A DNA stretch of 63,383 nt, filler included, from Reclinomonas americana ATCC 50394 (lineage: Eukaryota), in assembly GCA_048213135.1 (NCBI GenBank). It is 15 parts of 15 records of this genome, joined end to end, with 100 filler letters (N's around TTAATTAATTAA, not from the genome) between each part and the next. Parts side by side here need not be neighbours in the genome. Positions count along the whole stretch, not along the records: positions 31,537 to 42,132 come from AFZH01022349.1; positions 42,233 to 51,067 come from AFZH01022350.1; 13 more parts are not named here. One strand, 5' to 3'. Under the pieces are notes generated by a model. That model had not been told where the DNA came from. It was given only the letters and a program-made list of their open reading frames with translations, and did not search any database. Made by a program: the position numbers and the translations under genes. This document shows positions 36,965-47,044 of this stretch, in pieces; position 1 is the stretch's first letter; each line of letters opens with the position of its first letter.

Positions 36965-37384
36965 ATCCACGGCATCACGAACGAAGACGTTGCAGATGCG
37001 CCGAACTTCGACGAGATCGCCGACGACGTCCTCATATGGATCGAAGACGCAGCTATCGTCGGCCATAACGTGAAGGTCGATCTGGAGGCATTGAAGCGAG
37101 TGCTTCCGCATTGGAAGCCTCGAGCAGCGATCGACACCTTGAAGCTGGCGAAGGCGATTAAGCCGGGATTGCCGTCCTATGGTCTCTCCAACCTCTCGGA
37201 AGTGCTCGGTATCACGCTCAAAATCGAAGCGGATTTCAGAACCGGATCGCATTCGGCGCCTTACGACGTGGCACTGACGGTGGCCTTGTTTCGTGTGTTG
37301 CTCTCCAGCGTCCCCGAGGCGGTGAGATCCGCAGTCCTTGCCGACGCTGATATCGTTGAGCGGCAGAAGGACCTGCTGCTGTGA
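36965..37384 (+). pseudogene. DEDDh 3'-5' exonuclease lacking its N-terminus
   Basis: IHGITNEDVADAPNF, IVGHNVKVD, IDTLKLA, HSAPYD present; ExoI motif and start missing. Confidence 0.82.
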
Positions 37385-38004
37385 AATTCGCTCACACAAC
37401 AATCGCCGTAGCCGGCACTCACTCCACCGGCAAATCATCATTCCTGAAGGAAGTCGAAGCTCGGCTCAACGCGCATGGCCTTCGGGTCGCCAGAGTGGTC
37501 GATACGGCGTCGCGAGCCCGGGACGCCGGCTTCCCGATCCTGCGCGACCACGTTTACGAAGGCACTCTCTGGATAATGGCTGAAGGGCTTCGGCAGGAAA
37601 TGGAAGCCGCCCTCAAATCCGACGTCGTCTTGGTCGATCGTCCACCGCTCGATGCCTTAGGCTATTTCCTGGCGGCGCTTGAAGCCACTGGCCGCGAGCC
37701 CGATGAGGTTCGTCGAGAGGAATTGAAACTGATCGCCCTCGCCCACCAATCCCGGTACCACTGGTTCGCGGCGACCATCCTAGACGAGAGCGCTCCAATC
37801 GGTCCGAACCGGGACGATGACGAGGCTTTCCGGAGGCTCGCTGGCGAGACGATTGGCAAGCTGGTCCAGGCAAACGTCGCGCGCTCTCCATGGCTGACAA
37901 TGACCAACGCGGCGTCGCTGGTAAATGAGGTGGTCGAGCTCACTTTGCTGCGCCATCAGTTTCAGCGACCGCAATCAGGATCTCGCTCGCTCCAACCGAA
38001 ATAA
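37381..38004 (+). CDS. P-loop NTPase / nucleotide-kinase-like protein
   Basis: IAVAGTHSTGKSS Walker A, VLVDRPPLDALGY; GTGA overlap with the exonuclease. Confidence 0.8.
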   Translation: MKFAHTTIAVAGTHSTGKSSFLKEVEARLNAHGLRVARVVDTASRARDAGFPILRDHVYEGTLWIMAEGLRQEMEAALKSDVVLVDRPPLDALGYFLAALEATGREPDEVRREELKLIALAHQSRYHWFAATILDESAPIGPNRDDDEAFRRLAGETIGKLVQANVARSPWLTMTNAASLVNEVVELTLLRHQFQRPQSGSRSLQPK

Positions 38005-38046
38005 AGTCACGAACAGTTATTCTGTTGGAATTCGCAGAGGCAGAAA

Positions 38047-38559
38047 TTGGATGCCCGCGAACGTCGACCAATTTTGCTTGTTCGAACAGCCGTTTCTCCG
38101 CTCGCCACACAAAATTTCAACGTCGATGAACTTCTTTCCACCTTCCATCTGAACAGTCTCGCCACCAGGCGTGATCATGAGATTTTTGGATCGTTCCCCA
38201 GGGCGTCCATTGGCGATGTCGGTCTCACCGTCAGTATTCCTACGGCCCACTATATGCTGGCGCTCAAGCTCAAGGCCATGCGGGTCAATGACCCCGCCAA
38301 AGGCGCGACCGAGATCAAGGATATTCGAGCCCTGCTTCAGGTTACCGGCATCAGCACCGTCGATAGCGCAACTCACTGTCTCGCAAAATTCTTCCCCAAA
38401 TCCGCAGCGGCATCGAGGAAGCAGCGTTTCCTATTACGGGATCTATTTCCAGAGCTTGCCGGCGGGACCAAGAGCCAAAAGAGCAACCGCAATGCGCCCC
38501 GATACCCTTTACGAAGTGGCAGCCCAAGAGATCCTGGGCGGGACTACTTTGGGAGATAA
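38047..38559 (+). pseudogene. Nucleotidyltransferase-like (DUF6036/AbiEii-like) C-terminal remnant
   Basis: YMLALKLKAMR...KDIRALL motif; no N-terminal catalytic motif or clear start visible. Confidence 0.5.
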
Positions 38560-38896
38560 TCTCCTCCAGGAATTCTTGGACGAGTTTTACCTGTCCTCGT
38601 CAGCCCAAGACCGGAAACAGATGCTCGAGCAGGAGCCTCCGCTGCAGGCTGCGGCCCGACGCAACGCTCTCTATGGAGCGGTCGCAGAATACCTGTCCCG
38701 ACAGTATAAGCTCGGACCAGGGCCGGCCTGGTGCTACGCGCCCGAACGGTTTCTCGATGAGCCCTGGCACACATGTGACCGCCCTACTCCAGGCCTGATT
38801 GAGTTTTTGACCTTCTCGAGCCCAGCGGAATTTCGTCACCGCAATATCTTCACAGAGGCCCGCCCATTGCGTCGAGCCACCTCACCAAATCGGTGA
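38492..38896 (+). CDS. Hypothetical protein, candidate partner of the nucleotidyltransferase
   Basis: EFLDEFY, EPP, A.AEYL, P.W....RFL.EPW, SPAEFR.RNIF; overlaps the upstream gene end. Confidence 0.6.
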   Translation: MRPDTLYEVAAQEILGGTTLGDNLLQEFLDEFYLSSSAQDRKQMLEQEPPLQAAARRNALYGAVAEYLSRQYKLGPGPAWCYAPERFLDEPWHTCDRPTPGLIEFLTFSSPAEFRHRNIFTEARPLRRATSPNR

Positions 38897-39696
38897 TTTG
38901 GCCATTGGCATCGGCGGCAGGCCTAAATTCTGAGGACGCCATCTTGTCGCGCCTATGGTTCTTATCTGATCTTCACTTCGAAACGATTCCCTACCCGGAG
39001 GCGTTCGACCCGGCCCGGCCCGATTTCGATGTTCTTGTGGCAGCCGGAGACATTTGGGAAGCCGACACGCTTCGCGCGTTCCGCTTGCTTCGGGCGTTGG
39101 CCGGATCGAAACCGATCGTATTCGTCATGGGCAATCACGAACATTGGAATGGCGAGATCAACGAGAATCTCGCCACGGCGAAATTGCTTGCCGCCCAGTC
39201 AGAAATCTCTCTTCTCGAAGAAAGCTCGGCTGTCATTGCAGGATGTCGTTTCGTCGGCGCCACACTCTGGTCCGATTATACCCTCGCGGGCGATCCTAGC
39301 TGCCGCGCCGAAACGGGCGAACAGGTGGACGTCCAGCACGCCGGCGGCAGTCATCTCATCACAGTCGGTGATGCCCGCCGGCTGCATGCGCGGTCGCGTT
39401 CCAGGCTCGGAGAGCTTCTATCTCAGCCAGGCTCGATGCCCGTGGTCGTTGTCACCCACCACGCCCCTCACCCAGCCTGCATAGCCGAGCCCGACCGTGG
39501 GACCTGGGCTGCAGGCAACTCAGCATCAGACCTTTCGGATTTGACCGATCAAGGCAAAGCAGCGGTTTGGATCCACGGCCATGTGCATCGCTCAGTCAAT
39601 ATTCAAAGGCCGAACGGCACTCGCATTATTTGCAATCCCAACGGCCCGCTGTTCTGCAACACAGCATTTGACGAGCGCCTCGTCGTTCTCGTCTGA
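38893..39696 (+). CDS. Calcineurin-like metallophosphoesterase
   Basis: SDLH, AGDI, GNHE, GATLW, THHAP, HGHVH, CNP; true start probably about 38944. Confidence 0.92.
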   Translation: MIWPLASAAGLNSEDAILSRLWFLSDLHFETIPYPEAFDPARPDFDVLVAAGDIWEADTLRAFRLLRALAGSKPIVFVMGNHEHWNGEINENLATAKLLAAQSEISLLEESSAVIAGCRFVGATLWSDYTLAGDPSCRAETGEQVDVQHAGGSHLITVGDARRLHARSRSRLGELLSQPGSMPVVVVTHHAPHPACIAEPDRGTWAAGNSASDLSDLTDQGKAAVWIHGHVHRSVNIQRPNGTRIICNPNGPLFCNTAFDERLVVLV

Positions 39697-39817
39697 TCTG
39701 GCTCTCCATAGGGGAAGCCGTGGCGTAGGGCGCCTTCCCCTTGAACCCGGTCATTGATTAGGATTCAACGTGTTTGCCGGGATTGAATCCGATCGTCACA
39801 TTGAACCGAGCCCAGAA

Positions 39818-40048
39818 ATGACTTTCTCTTCTTTGAATGATCCGGTCGACATAGCGCGAGCAGAAGCCGCACTCGACGCGGCCTGGCATCAAATCAAAGC
39901 GTCGCTGAAAGATAATGTCGACTTTGACTCGGAGCGGCTGCGGCTCGCCGACATCGTCGTGAGCCTCATCCCAATCGCTGAGGACGAGGCAGATCTAGCG
40001 CGACGCGCTATGGAGCGATATCTCAAAACTCGGCCATCGGGCTGCTGA
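39818..40048 (+). CDS. Small hypothetical protein (FSSLNDP family)
   Basis: Clear paralogue of 48954-49172. Confidence 0.7.
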   Translation: MTFSSLNDPVDIARAEAALDAAWHQIKASLKDNVDFDSERLRLADIVVSLIPIAEDEADLARRAMERYLKTRPSGC

Positions 40049-40262
40049 GAATGGCCGTGAAGGGATAACTCGGCGACGCGCTCCTAGGCGGCACTTCCTC
40101 GCGTCGCCACCGTCGCCGCGAAACCGAAAGGTCCGGCAGTTCCTCCGCACGACCGCTCGTCATTACCGCCCTCGGACTGATACCCAGCAAACATCGTTCG
40201 GTCGCGACTACCGCGCACGGCCACTGCACCGCACGGCAAAAGCGCTGCCAAGCCAGCGGATT

Positions 40263-40307
40263 GTTACAGATTGTAACGGGTAGGAACCCCCGCTCGCCGC
40301 CCGCGTC
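40263..40307 (+). promoter_or_regulatory. Palindrome plus ECF-type promoter upstream of the copper cluster
   Basis: GTTACA-N3-TGTAAC (40263-40277) followed by GGAAC-N16-CGTC (40283-40307). Confidence 0.45.
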
Positions 40308-40360
40308 TTTCCTTGGAGCAGGAAGCTCACCGCCTCCGCAACGGGCTCAAGGAGTAGACC

Positions 40361-40693
40361 ATGCACCGCCCTACCCCAGAGATGCAGTCCTGCATCGACA
40401 AATGCCTGCGCTGTTATCAAACCTGCCTCGGCATGAGCACGAACCACTGCCTCAAGCTCGGTGGAGCGCACTCCGCCCCAGAGCACATCCAGCTAATGCT
40501 CGCTTGCGCCGAGATCTGCCGCGCCAGCGCCCAAGTCATGATCATCGGCTCCCCGCACCACAAGCATCTCTGCGCCGAATGCGCCGACATTTGCGAAGAC
40601 TGCGCCAACGAATGTGAGCGGATCGGCGACATGGACGATTGCGTCCAGGCCTGCCGCGGTTGCGCAGAAAGCTGCCGGAAAATGGCAGCTTAG
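40361..40693 (+). CDS. Four-helix-bundle copper storage protein (Csp3/DUF326-like)
   Basis: Repeated CxxxCxxC motifs (CIDKCLRC, CAEIC, CADICEDCANEC, CVQACRGCAESC), no signal peptide. Confidence 0.9.
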   Translation: MHRPTPEMQSCIDKCLRCYQTCLGMSTNHCLKLGGAHSAPEHIQLMLACAEICRASAQVMIIGSPHHKHLCAECADICEDCANECERIGDMDDCVQACRGCAESCRKMAA

Positions 40694-40726
40694 CCGCTTT
40701 TGCCCTCGAATCTTTGGAGAACTCAG

Positions 40727-41110
40727 ATGATGCGCTTCGTTCTGACCGCTGGCCTCGCGGCCTCCATGATAACCGCCGCAGTCGCGCAGCCAGCTCCCAA
40801 GCCTCAGATGGGCGACAGCATGCCCATGAAAATGATGATGCCGGAGGCCTCCGATTCCGCATCAACCAAGGAATACAAGGCGAGCATGATGCGGATGATG
40901 CAGGCGATGCCGTCGAAATTTACCGGCGATGCCGACGTCGACTTCATGATGCAGATGAAAGCCCACCATCAAGGCGCAATCGATATGGCCAAGGTAGCTT
41001 TGGCGAATGGCAAAGACCCCACCGTCAAGAGGCTCGCCACTGAAATCGTCAGCGCGCAGGAAAAGGAGATCAAGACGATCGACGAATGGCTGAAAACGAA
41101 GGGAAAATAG
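40727..41110 (+). CDS. DUF305/CopM-like periplasmic metallochaperone
   Basis: Signal peptide, Met-rich, GDADVDF...M.AHHQGAIDMA, AQEKEI. Confidence 0.88.
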   Translation: MMRFVLTAGLAASMITAAVAQPAPKPQMGDSMPMKMMMPEASDSASTKEYKASMMRMMQAMPSKFTGDADVDFMMQMKAHHQGAIDMAKVALANGKDPTVKRLATEIVSAQEKEIKTIDEWLKTKGK

Positions 41111-41174
41111 CACCGCTTCTGGAAGTTTTTGACTCGTATCGAGACCCTCATGAGCTTCCCGAAAGGAGGCCCCC

Positions 41175-41645
41175 ATGGAGCATGGCAATGGCCATAAAGG
41201 CCCAAACCATTACGGCCGCCTAGCGATCGAACTGACGCTGGATTTCATTGTGATGTACCTCGTCATGTACACCATGATCGCAGCGCTTGCGCATTTCCAT
41301 TTCAATCTCAACAACGTTTACATGACCATGATGATGGTCGCGCCGATGACGATCATCATGCTCGTCTCCATGCGCTCGATGTTCCCCTCGTCGCGGCTGA
41401 ACATCATTATCGGCGGCGCCGCCGTTGCCGTCTTTGTCATTGGCTTCATAGCCATGCGAACCCAAGCCGGCATTGGCAATGCCGAGTTCCTGCGCGCAAT
41501 GATCCCACATCATTCCGGCGCGATCCTGATGTGCGAGAAAGCCAGCATCACTGATCCGGAGATCGTCGCGCTCTGTCAGGAAATCACCAAGTCGCAGAAG
41601 GCGGAAATCGCGCAAATGGAGACAATCCTCGCCCGGCAGAGGTGA
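41175..41645 (+). CDS. Membrane-anchored DUF305 protein
   Basis: Three TM segments, MIPHHSGAILMC, I..SQ..EI.QM. Confidence 0.88.
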   Translation: MEHGNGHKGPNHYGRLAIELTLDFIVMYLVMYTMIAALAHFHFNLNNVYMTMMMVAPMTIIMLVSMRSMFPSSRLNIIIGGAAVAVFVIGFIAMRTQAGIGNAEFLRAMIPHHSGAILMCEKASITDPEIVALCQEITKSQKAEIAQMETILARQR

Positions 41646-41735
41646 AGCTCTTCACATCCGAAGCTGACATCCCCATTTCAAGCTTAGATTGTCAGCCCCG
41701 AGTGGGTTTGCCATCGGGGCAAGCCAGGGGAGGCT

Positions 41736-42086
41736 GTGATGAGGTTGTCTCACCAAATCGCTCTATCGGCGGCCTGTTTGCTGCTCTTGGCGCAGCTTGA
41801 ACCCGCGATCGCCCATCGTGCGAACCTGGCCCTGGGCCTGCGAGAGATCACCAGCGCGATTAACGGTAAGGTCTGTGCAACAGCAGGAGGGGCGCACTTC
41901 ACCTTCGATAATGATGGGCGCTTCTCGTATGATGGCCTCTGGCAAAGCGGCGGAAGCTTCACGCTTGACGCTAGCGCGGTAGTCGTGACCTTCGACAGCG
42001 GTCTTCAGCGCGCGTTTGAAATCTCCAGGCGAGGCGGAGAGCTGTATATGGAGCAAACCCGCGTCGTGTGCACCGCCAAGGAATGA
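41736..42086 (+). CDS. Hypothetical exported protein
   Basis: RBS GGGAGG, signal-peptide-like N-terminus, Cys pair in the mature part. Confidence 0.55.
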   Translation: MMRLSHQIALSAACLLLLAQLEPAIAHRANLALGLREITSAINGKVCATAGGAHFTFDNDGRFSYDGLWQSGGSFTLDASAVVVTFDSGLQRAFEISRRGGELYMEQTRVVCTAKE

Positions 42087-42401
42087 GACAGATCGGCTTG
42101 AAGTGTTTTGAGTGCAGTTCGGCCGTCTGACTNNNNNNNNNNNNNNNNNNNNNNNNNNNNNNNNNNNNNNNNNNNNTTAATTAATTAANNNNNNNNNNNN
42201 NNNNNNNNNNNNNNNNNNNNNNNNNNNNNNNNTCTGACTGAGCCGTCGAGCCTAGAGTGTTGCCGGAACAATACGAGCGTCGTCAGAACGGCGCATCCAC
42301 AACATGGGTGGGCTCCTCTGCGTAATAAGATACCGCGATTGTTGCGGCTTTCACAGCCATTGATATTGTCGACGCGGAGTTTTCGACGTCGCCAACGCCT
42401 A

Positions 42402-42830
42402 TCAGCAGGGTTTTGCCCATATTAAGGGCCTCGCCTCGGCCGAATCCGCGATATTGCCCTCAACAAGGCCAACTTCACTTAAAGTCTGATCTAACTGACA
42501 GCAGCAATGTGACGTTTTCCAAACGTGATTCGATGCAATTAGCATCCCGGCCAAATAGCCGGTGACTGAGATGGGCGCGACTGACCGCAAACTACAAATA
42601 ATGCCAGAAAAGAAAACGCCCCATAGTCCATCAAACACGCGGTCAGTCCGTGACCACTGGATGCACAAGTCCTCAATACCTGACTTTTGAACTCCCCCAC
42701 TTGCAAGGGATGTGAGTTTCTGCACGACGCTGAAATTCTCGATAGTAAAGCCCAATGATTTCAGATCAGCAAGCACCACACTTGCCGCATTTCGATCAGG
42801 AAGGGATGCGACCAAACAGGTGCTAGACAT
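42402..42830 (-). pseudogene. Low-GC ORF, possibly a degenerate membrane/general-stress protein
   Basis: DLKSLGF..ENFSVV and GLWGVFF segments weakly resemble DUF1269-like proteins. Confidence 0.3.
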
Positions 42831-42860
42831 TGGATGCCCCTTTCACACTAAACAGAATTC

Positions 42861-43118
42861 CTATCTTGAGTCAGTTTTGACTCCTTGACGCTCAATCGCT
42901 CGAACCAAGTCTCCGATATTTGACAGATTCTCGATCTCATCGCTGCGCAATTTGACGCCGAACTCGGTTTCCGCAGCGACCATCAAGGTAATGTTGTTAA
43001 ACGAATCCCATCCCTCGATGTCGGCCGCTGACGTTTCGGCCGAGAGTACGATTGTATCATCATTGAACAAGTCTCTGAATATTTGGGTCAAGCCAGCGTA
43101 GACTGCGCGCTCATCCAT
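42861..43118 (-). CDS. Acyl carrier protein
   Basis: IFRDLF, SAADIEGWDSF (phosphopantetheine Ser), E.EFGVK; overlaps the FkbH end. Confidence 0.9.
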   Translation of the reverse strand: MDERAVYAGLTQIFRDLFNDDTIVLSAETSAADIEGWDSFNNITLMVAAETEFGVKLRSDEIENLSNIGDLVRAIERQGVKTDSR

Positions 43119-45034
43119 TCCGTCTTCCTTTCCGTAATGTCGATCGGAACGGGCAAATCGGCGAACGAATCGACATCGAAGCACCAAGTCGTTGCCCCCG
43201 AAGCGTCTTCGGCAACGCAAGCGAAGCCAAGGCTGCGGTAGTGCTCACGCACCATTTGGTTCCGCTCTGTCGGGCGAAATTTGCCAACAATGGTGCGATA
43301 GCCGCGGGAGCGCGCCTCTGTGGCGACCACTGCGAGCACCGCCCGCTCCACGCGCCGCCCCAACACTCGGCAACTCATCAACCAGTTCTCGAGGACAAGG
43401 GTTTCGTCTCCGTCGGCGCGCGCCATGACGACTGAGATGATCCCGTTGTCACCGAAGCGGTCGAGCAGCCTGAAATGCAAGCCGAGGCAGCGCGGATCGC
43501 GCTCAAAGGCACTGACCTCCTGATCCGAACATCGCTGCGTTGTCAGGTTGAATTGGTTGGTCTTATTGATCAACTGCACAACGCGCGGCCGATTGATGTC
43601 GTCGAATGGCCCCCAGATCAGCTCCATTCGAAGCTCGGCCAGGAAGGCGTCCATATCCGTTGCGGCCGATGCGGCGTTCGCCCGCTCCTCGTTGGCCTGG
43701 TATTGTCCGGCCTTGCCCAGGTCATCGGCCGTCACAACGACTGCCTCGAAATATCCGCTGTCGCTTAGGCACTGCGCAAAATGAGCCGGATCCGCTGGCA
43801 ATTCGGGCACGCGCACCGAAGGCAGCCGAGAGCGCACCCATTCGCGCTCGGCGGGATTGTCGTCAGCGAAGACAATACTGTCCAATCCAATATTGAGCGT
43901 GCTCGCGATCGAGCGGATGTTCGTCGCTTTGTCGTTCCAATTGGCGCAAAAGCAGGCAATGTCCTTCAGCCTCAGCACCATTTCCGGGTGGTGCTCGAAC
44001 ACCGCCGTCGCATTTGCCTCGTCATTCTTGGAGCATACGGCCAGAATTACGCCGCGCTCCCCGAGATTGCTCAGATAGCGCTGAAAAGCACAGAAGGCCT
44101 CGCCCGCAGCCGAACCGGCACCCAGCACCAGGCCGTTCGGTCCATCGTCCCCGATCACGCCGCCCCAGAGCGTATTGTCGAGATCGAGCACGAGGCATTT
44201 CGACGAAGCACCGGATTGGGCCCCGAGCACGCGCCCCACCAGGTCGCCGTAAAACGGCCCAACCAAAGGGCTGATCTCCTGCTTCGCCTTGTGCCAGAGT
44301 GCGGGGTCAAACCAGCAGCCCCATCCCTGCCAAGCGGCATACTGATCGGGCGTGATCAAATCGAAACCCTCCTGTTCGGCGAGATCGCGCAGGGCTTCGT
44401 TCCACGACAGGATCATTTGCCGCGGCGAGTTAGGAAGACGATGCTCATTGGCACCAAGCAAGGCAGGAATGATGGGCAATGCGGTTTGCAAAATGATCCG
44501 ACACGGCAAGCGTTCTCGGATCGTCCCGCACAAGCGTTTGAGCTCATTCAGACTATGATTAAGTCGCTCCTCCGCAGCGCTTCGGTCACCCAACGCACTA
44601 TGCCCGCGTGAAACATGGTGAGCATCAAGTGCAACGAGCACGACGTCCGGCCTGAAGGCCCAGAATTCCGAGCCCAAGTCAGCGATCGCATGTCGATACT
44701 GGCCAAAACCTGGCTCATAAATATCGACATTGACGCCCCTACGTAGGCAGCCGATGCGAATGCCGGGCTGTAGGTGACTCGTCGTCGACGTTGCCAGAAT
44801 AGCTAGCCGGACGAAGCGAGCGGCCTGCGGCCTCGAATCTGCGGCGCCTGCGTTCGATCGGATCAGCCGGTCAAGCTGAATAGTCTGGACAAGGTCGAGG
44901 TTGTGCTGTGCCAGAGCGATCGCTCCGTCCCAGAACGAGCGATCCATCCTGAGGGCGTCGAGTTCAGCAAGGCTGCGACGAAAATCGCGTGCGGTGGGAA
45001 GCCAATACAGCCTTTGCCCGGGAACAGCAGCCAT
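43088..45034 (-). CDS. FkbH-like HAD-IIIC phosphatase/glyceryl transferase
   Basis: KCLVLDLDNTLWGG.IGDDG, SKND, NWNDK, DDNPAER, QL.NKTNQFNLT, DRFGDNG, MSCRV.GR. Confidence 0.93.
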   Translation of the reverse strand: MAAVPGQRLYWLPTARDFRRSLAELDALRMDRSFWDGAIALAQHNLDLVQTIQLDRLIRSNAGAADSRPQAARFVRLAILATSTTSHLQPGIRIGCLRRGVNVDIYEPGFGQYRHAIADLGSEFWAFRPDVVLVALDAHHVSRGHSALGDRSAAEERLNHSLNELKRLCGTIRERLPCRIILQTALPIIPALLGANEHRLPNSPRQMILSWNEALRDLAEQEGFDLITPDQYAAWQGWGCWFDPALWHKAKQEISPLVGPFYGDLVGRVLGAQSGASSKCLVLDLDNTLWGGVIGDDGPNGLVLGAGSAAGEAFCAFQRYLSNLGERGVILAVCSKNDEANATAVFEHHPEMVLRLKDIACFCANWNDKATNIRSIASTLNIGLDSIVFADDNPAEREWVRSRLPSVRVPELPADPAHFAQCLSDSGYFEAVVVTADDLGKAGQYQANEERANAASAATDMDAFLAELRMELIWGPFDDINRPRVVQLINKTNQFNLTTQRCSDQEVSAFERDPRCLGLHFRLLDRFGDNGIISVVMARADGDETLVLENWLMSCRVLGRRVERAVLAVVATEARSRGYRTIVGKFRPTERNQMVREHYRSLGFACVAEDASGATTWCFDVDSFADLPVPIDITERKTEWMSAQSTLA

Positions 45035-45045
45035 GGCGCATCTCG

Positions 45046-46909
45046 CTACTCTACCAAGGATATTCGGTTTTCTAAGGCCTTACTTCTCAGTCCGAGCGCG
45101 GTTGGCGGAACGGCTGATTTTTCGGAGTGATCAGTCGTCTCGGCTTCCCGCGGCTCCTTGCGAAGATGCGTCAGAAGGGTTCGAACACGCTGATCGTCGG
45201 GACGATCTCGCTCAAGTTCGATCGCCATGGAGAGGGCGTCGGCGGTTCGGCCCTGCCGGCTGATAGCGGTCGCGAGCTGGATACGGCTTCCCAGTTCTTC
45301 GGGACAAAGCGCGACGGCAGAACGAAACGCAGCTTCCGCTTTCACATGGTCACCGATGCGGCTTTGCAGCAGACCCAGCCCCGCCTGAGCGTTGGCATTG
45401 TCGGGAAGCCTTCCGACCATCGCTTGATAATCCGCGACGACAGCGCGCCGCACCTTGAGTGCGAGGACATCGCCCAAGAGCCAATGCGGTTCGGCCGCAA
45501 TCGGCTTGACCGCAATCGCCTCTCTAAGCAATGCCTCGGCATCGTCCAGCTTACAGGCCTCGATCAGAGCTTTCGCGCCGGTCACGAGAAGTGCAAAATC
45601 ATGAGGAAACACTTCGAGAGCGTCGCAAATTACCGAATGTGCCTCGTCGAACCGCTTCTGCGATCGATAAAGCCGTGCAAGCTCAAGGCTGGCTGTCGCG
45701 GTTGTCGGAGCCGCTCGCACCGCGCGGCACAGGGCAACTTCCCCCTCGGTTGCCAATCCTGAGCGCAATAAGCTCTGCCCAACCGCGAAATGCGCATGAG
45801 GGTTCTGTTCATCGAGCCGCACCGCTGCCCTCGCCGCGGCTAATGCAGCATCGGCATCGCCCTCTCGAAGACAGATTTGGCTGAGAAATGCATAACCCAG
45901 CGACGAGTCTGGTGACCGACGCAATCCTTCTTCGAGACGTCGTCGCGCGAAGGCCTGATCCCGCCCGCTAGCACACCAGATACCTTCAGCGAGCGGCTCA
46001 TTCCAATCGTAGGCGACGTAGCGATGTACGAACTCAGCAAAGGTGAACGTTCCTTCGTGTCGCAGAGGATAACGATGGCAGGGGCCGCACCAGTTTAACC
46101 CGAAATGTTCTGCTACGGCGGGATGGACAGGGTGACAATCCGGCCAGAATTGCTTGATCTGCAACGGACCGAGCACGCGCGCGATTGTCGCATCCGAAAA
46201 CCCCATGCGCTCGAACACCTGCTTTGCAAGCGCGCTGAACACCCCAAGCCCAGGATGATGCGGTGTCAGGAACGTCTGCTCAGTGCGGAAGCTATCAACG
46301 ATCGAATCACGGAAAGCGAAACCGGTCGCTCGATCTCGACGGCCTTGCGCTTCGAACCAAAGCTCATAAACCCGATCCAGATTCGTTCGCGTCCGAAAAT
46401 CGAGGCTCAAATAACGTGACACGGCCTCATCGGGAGTGACGCCTTGGGCAATCAGGCTGTTGAGGTAGGTATCACCCAGTTCCGGGTCGAATGGGCCGTT
46501 CGGCGCGTGAGGAACGCGCTCGTTTTTCGGATGAGGCCGACCGGCAAAGGGCCATAAAAAAACGGCCGATACGAGTGGAACATCAATCACCCGCGTCCCT
46601 ATCGGCAGGCTTGAACGAGCTATCCTACTGGCAGCGTCAGAAACCTGCCAAATGACGAAATCAGCTTCTGCCAGGATCGACGCGCAGGCGGGATCAGACT
46701 CGACATGTGGATTGACGTACTCCGAGGCTCCACGCATGCCCGTGGTCAACGAACTGCCGTAGAGCTTCGAGAGCCTAAACATCTGGCAATTGCCGACGAA
46801 GGCCACGCGCCGGTCAGTCAGCACCCGTTCCGCAGCCAGCTGATCAAGATCACGCGGTTGCCGGCCCGTCCGATCGACCGAGGATTCAGATGGGGCAGTG
46901 GACCGCATG
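45046..46909 (-). CDS. WcbI-like polysaccharide biosynthesis protein with TPR repeats
   Basis: GNCQ, WPF, F.T.HHP, PVHP.VA.HFGL.W N-terminal domain followed by multiple TPRs. Confidence 0.8.
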
Positions 46910-47044
46910 ATACCCCCCAAGCCCCACCCTCAGCCGCAGGGCAGTTGCACTCTTACGAAGCTATCAAATGCTCCTGATCTGCTTCTATTGACTTTGAAAG
47001 ACCCAATAGCCGGCAACGCCCACATGGCAGCGCCCGAGCACGCA

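Noticed and set aside
36475..37384. Programmed frameshift producing a radical SAM-exonuclease fusion
   Set aside because: Both halves lack essential parts and no slippery site is visible; a deletion scar explains it
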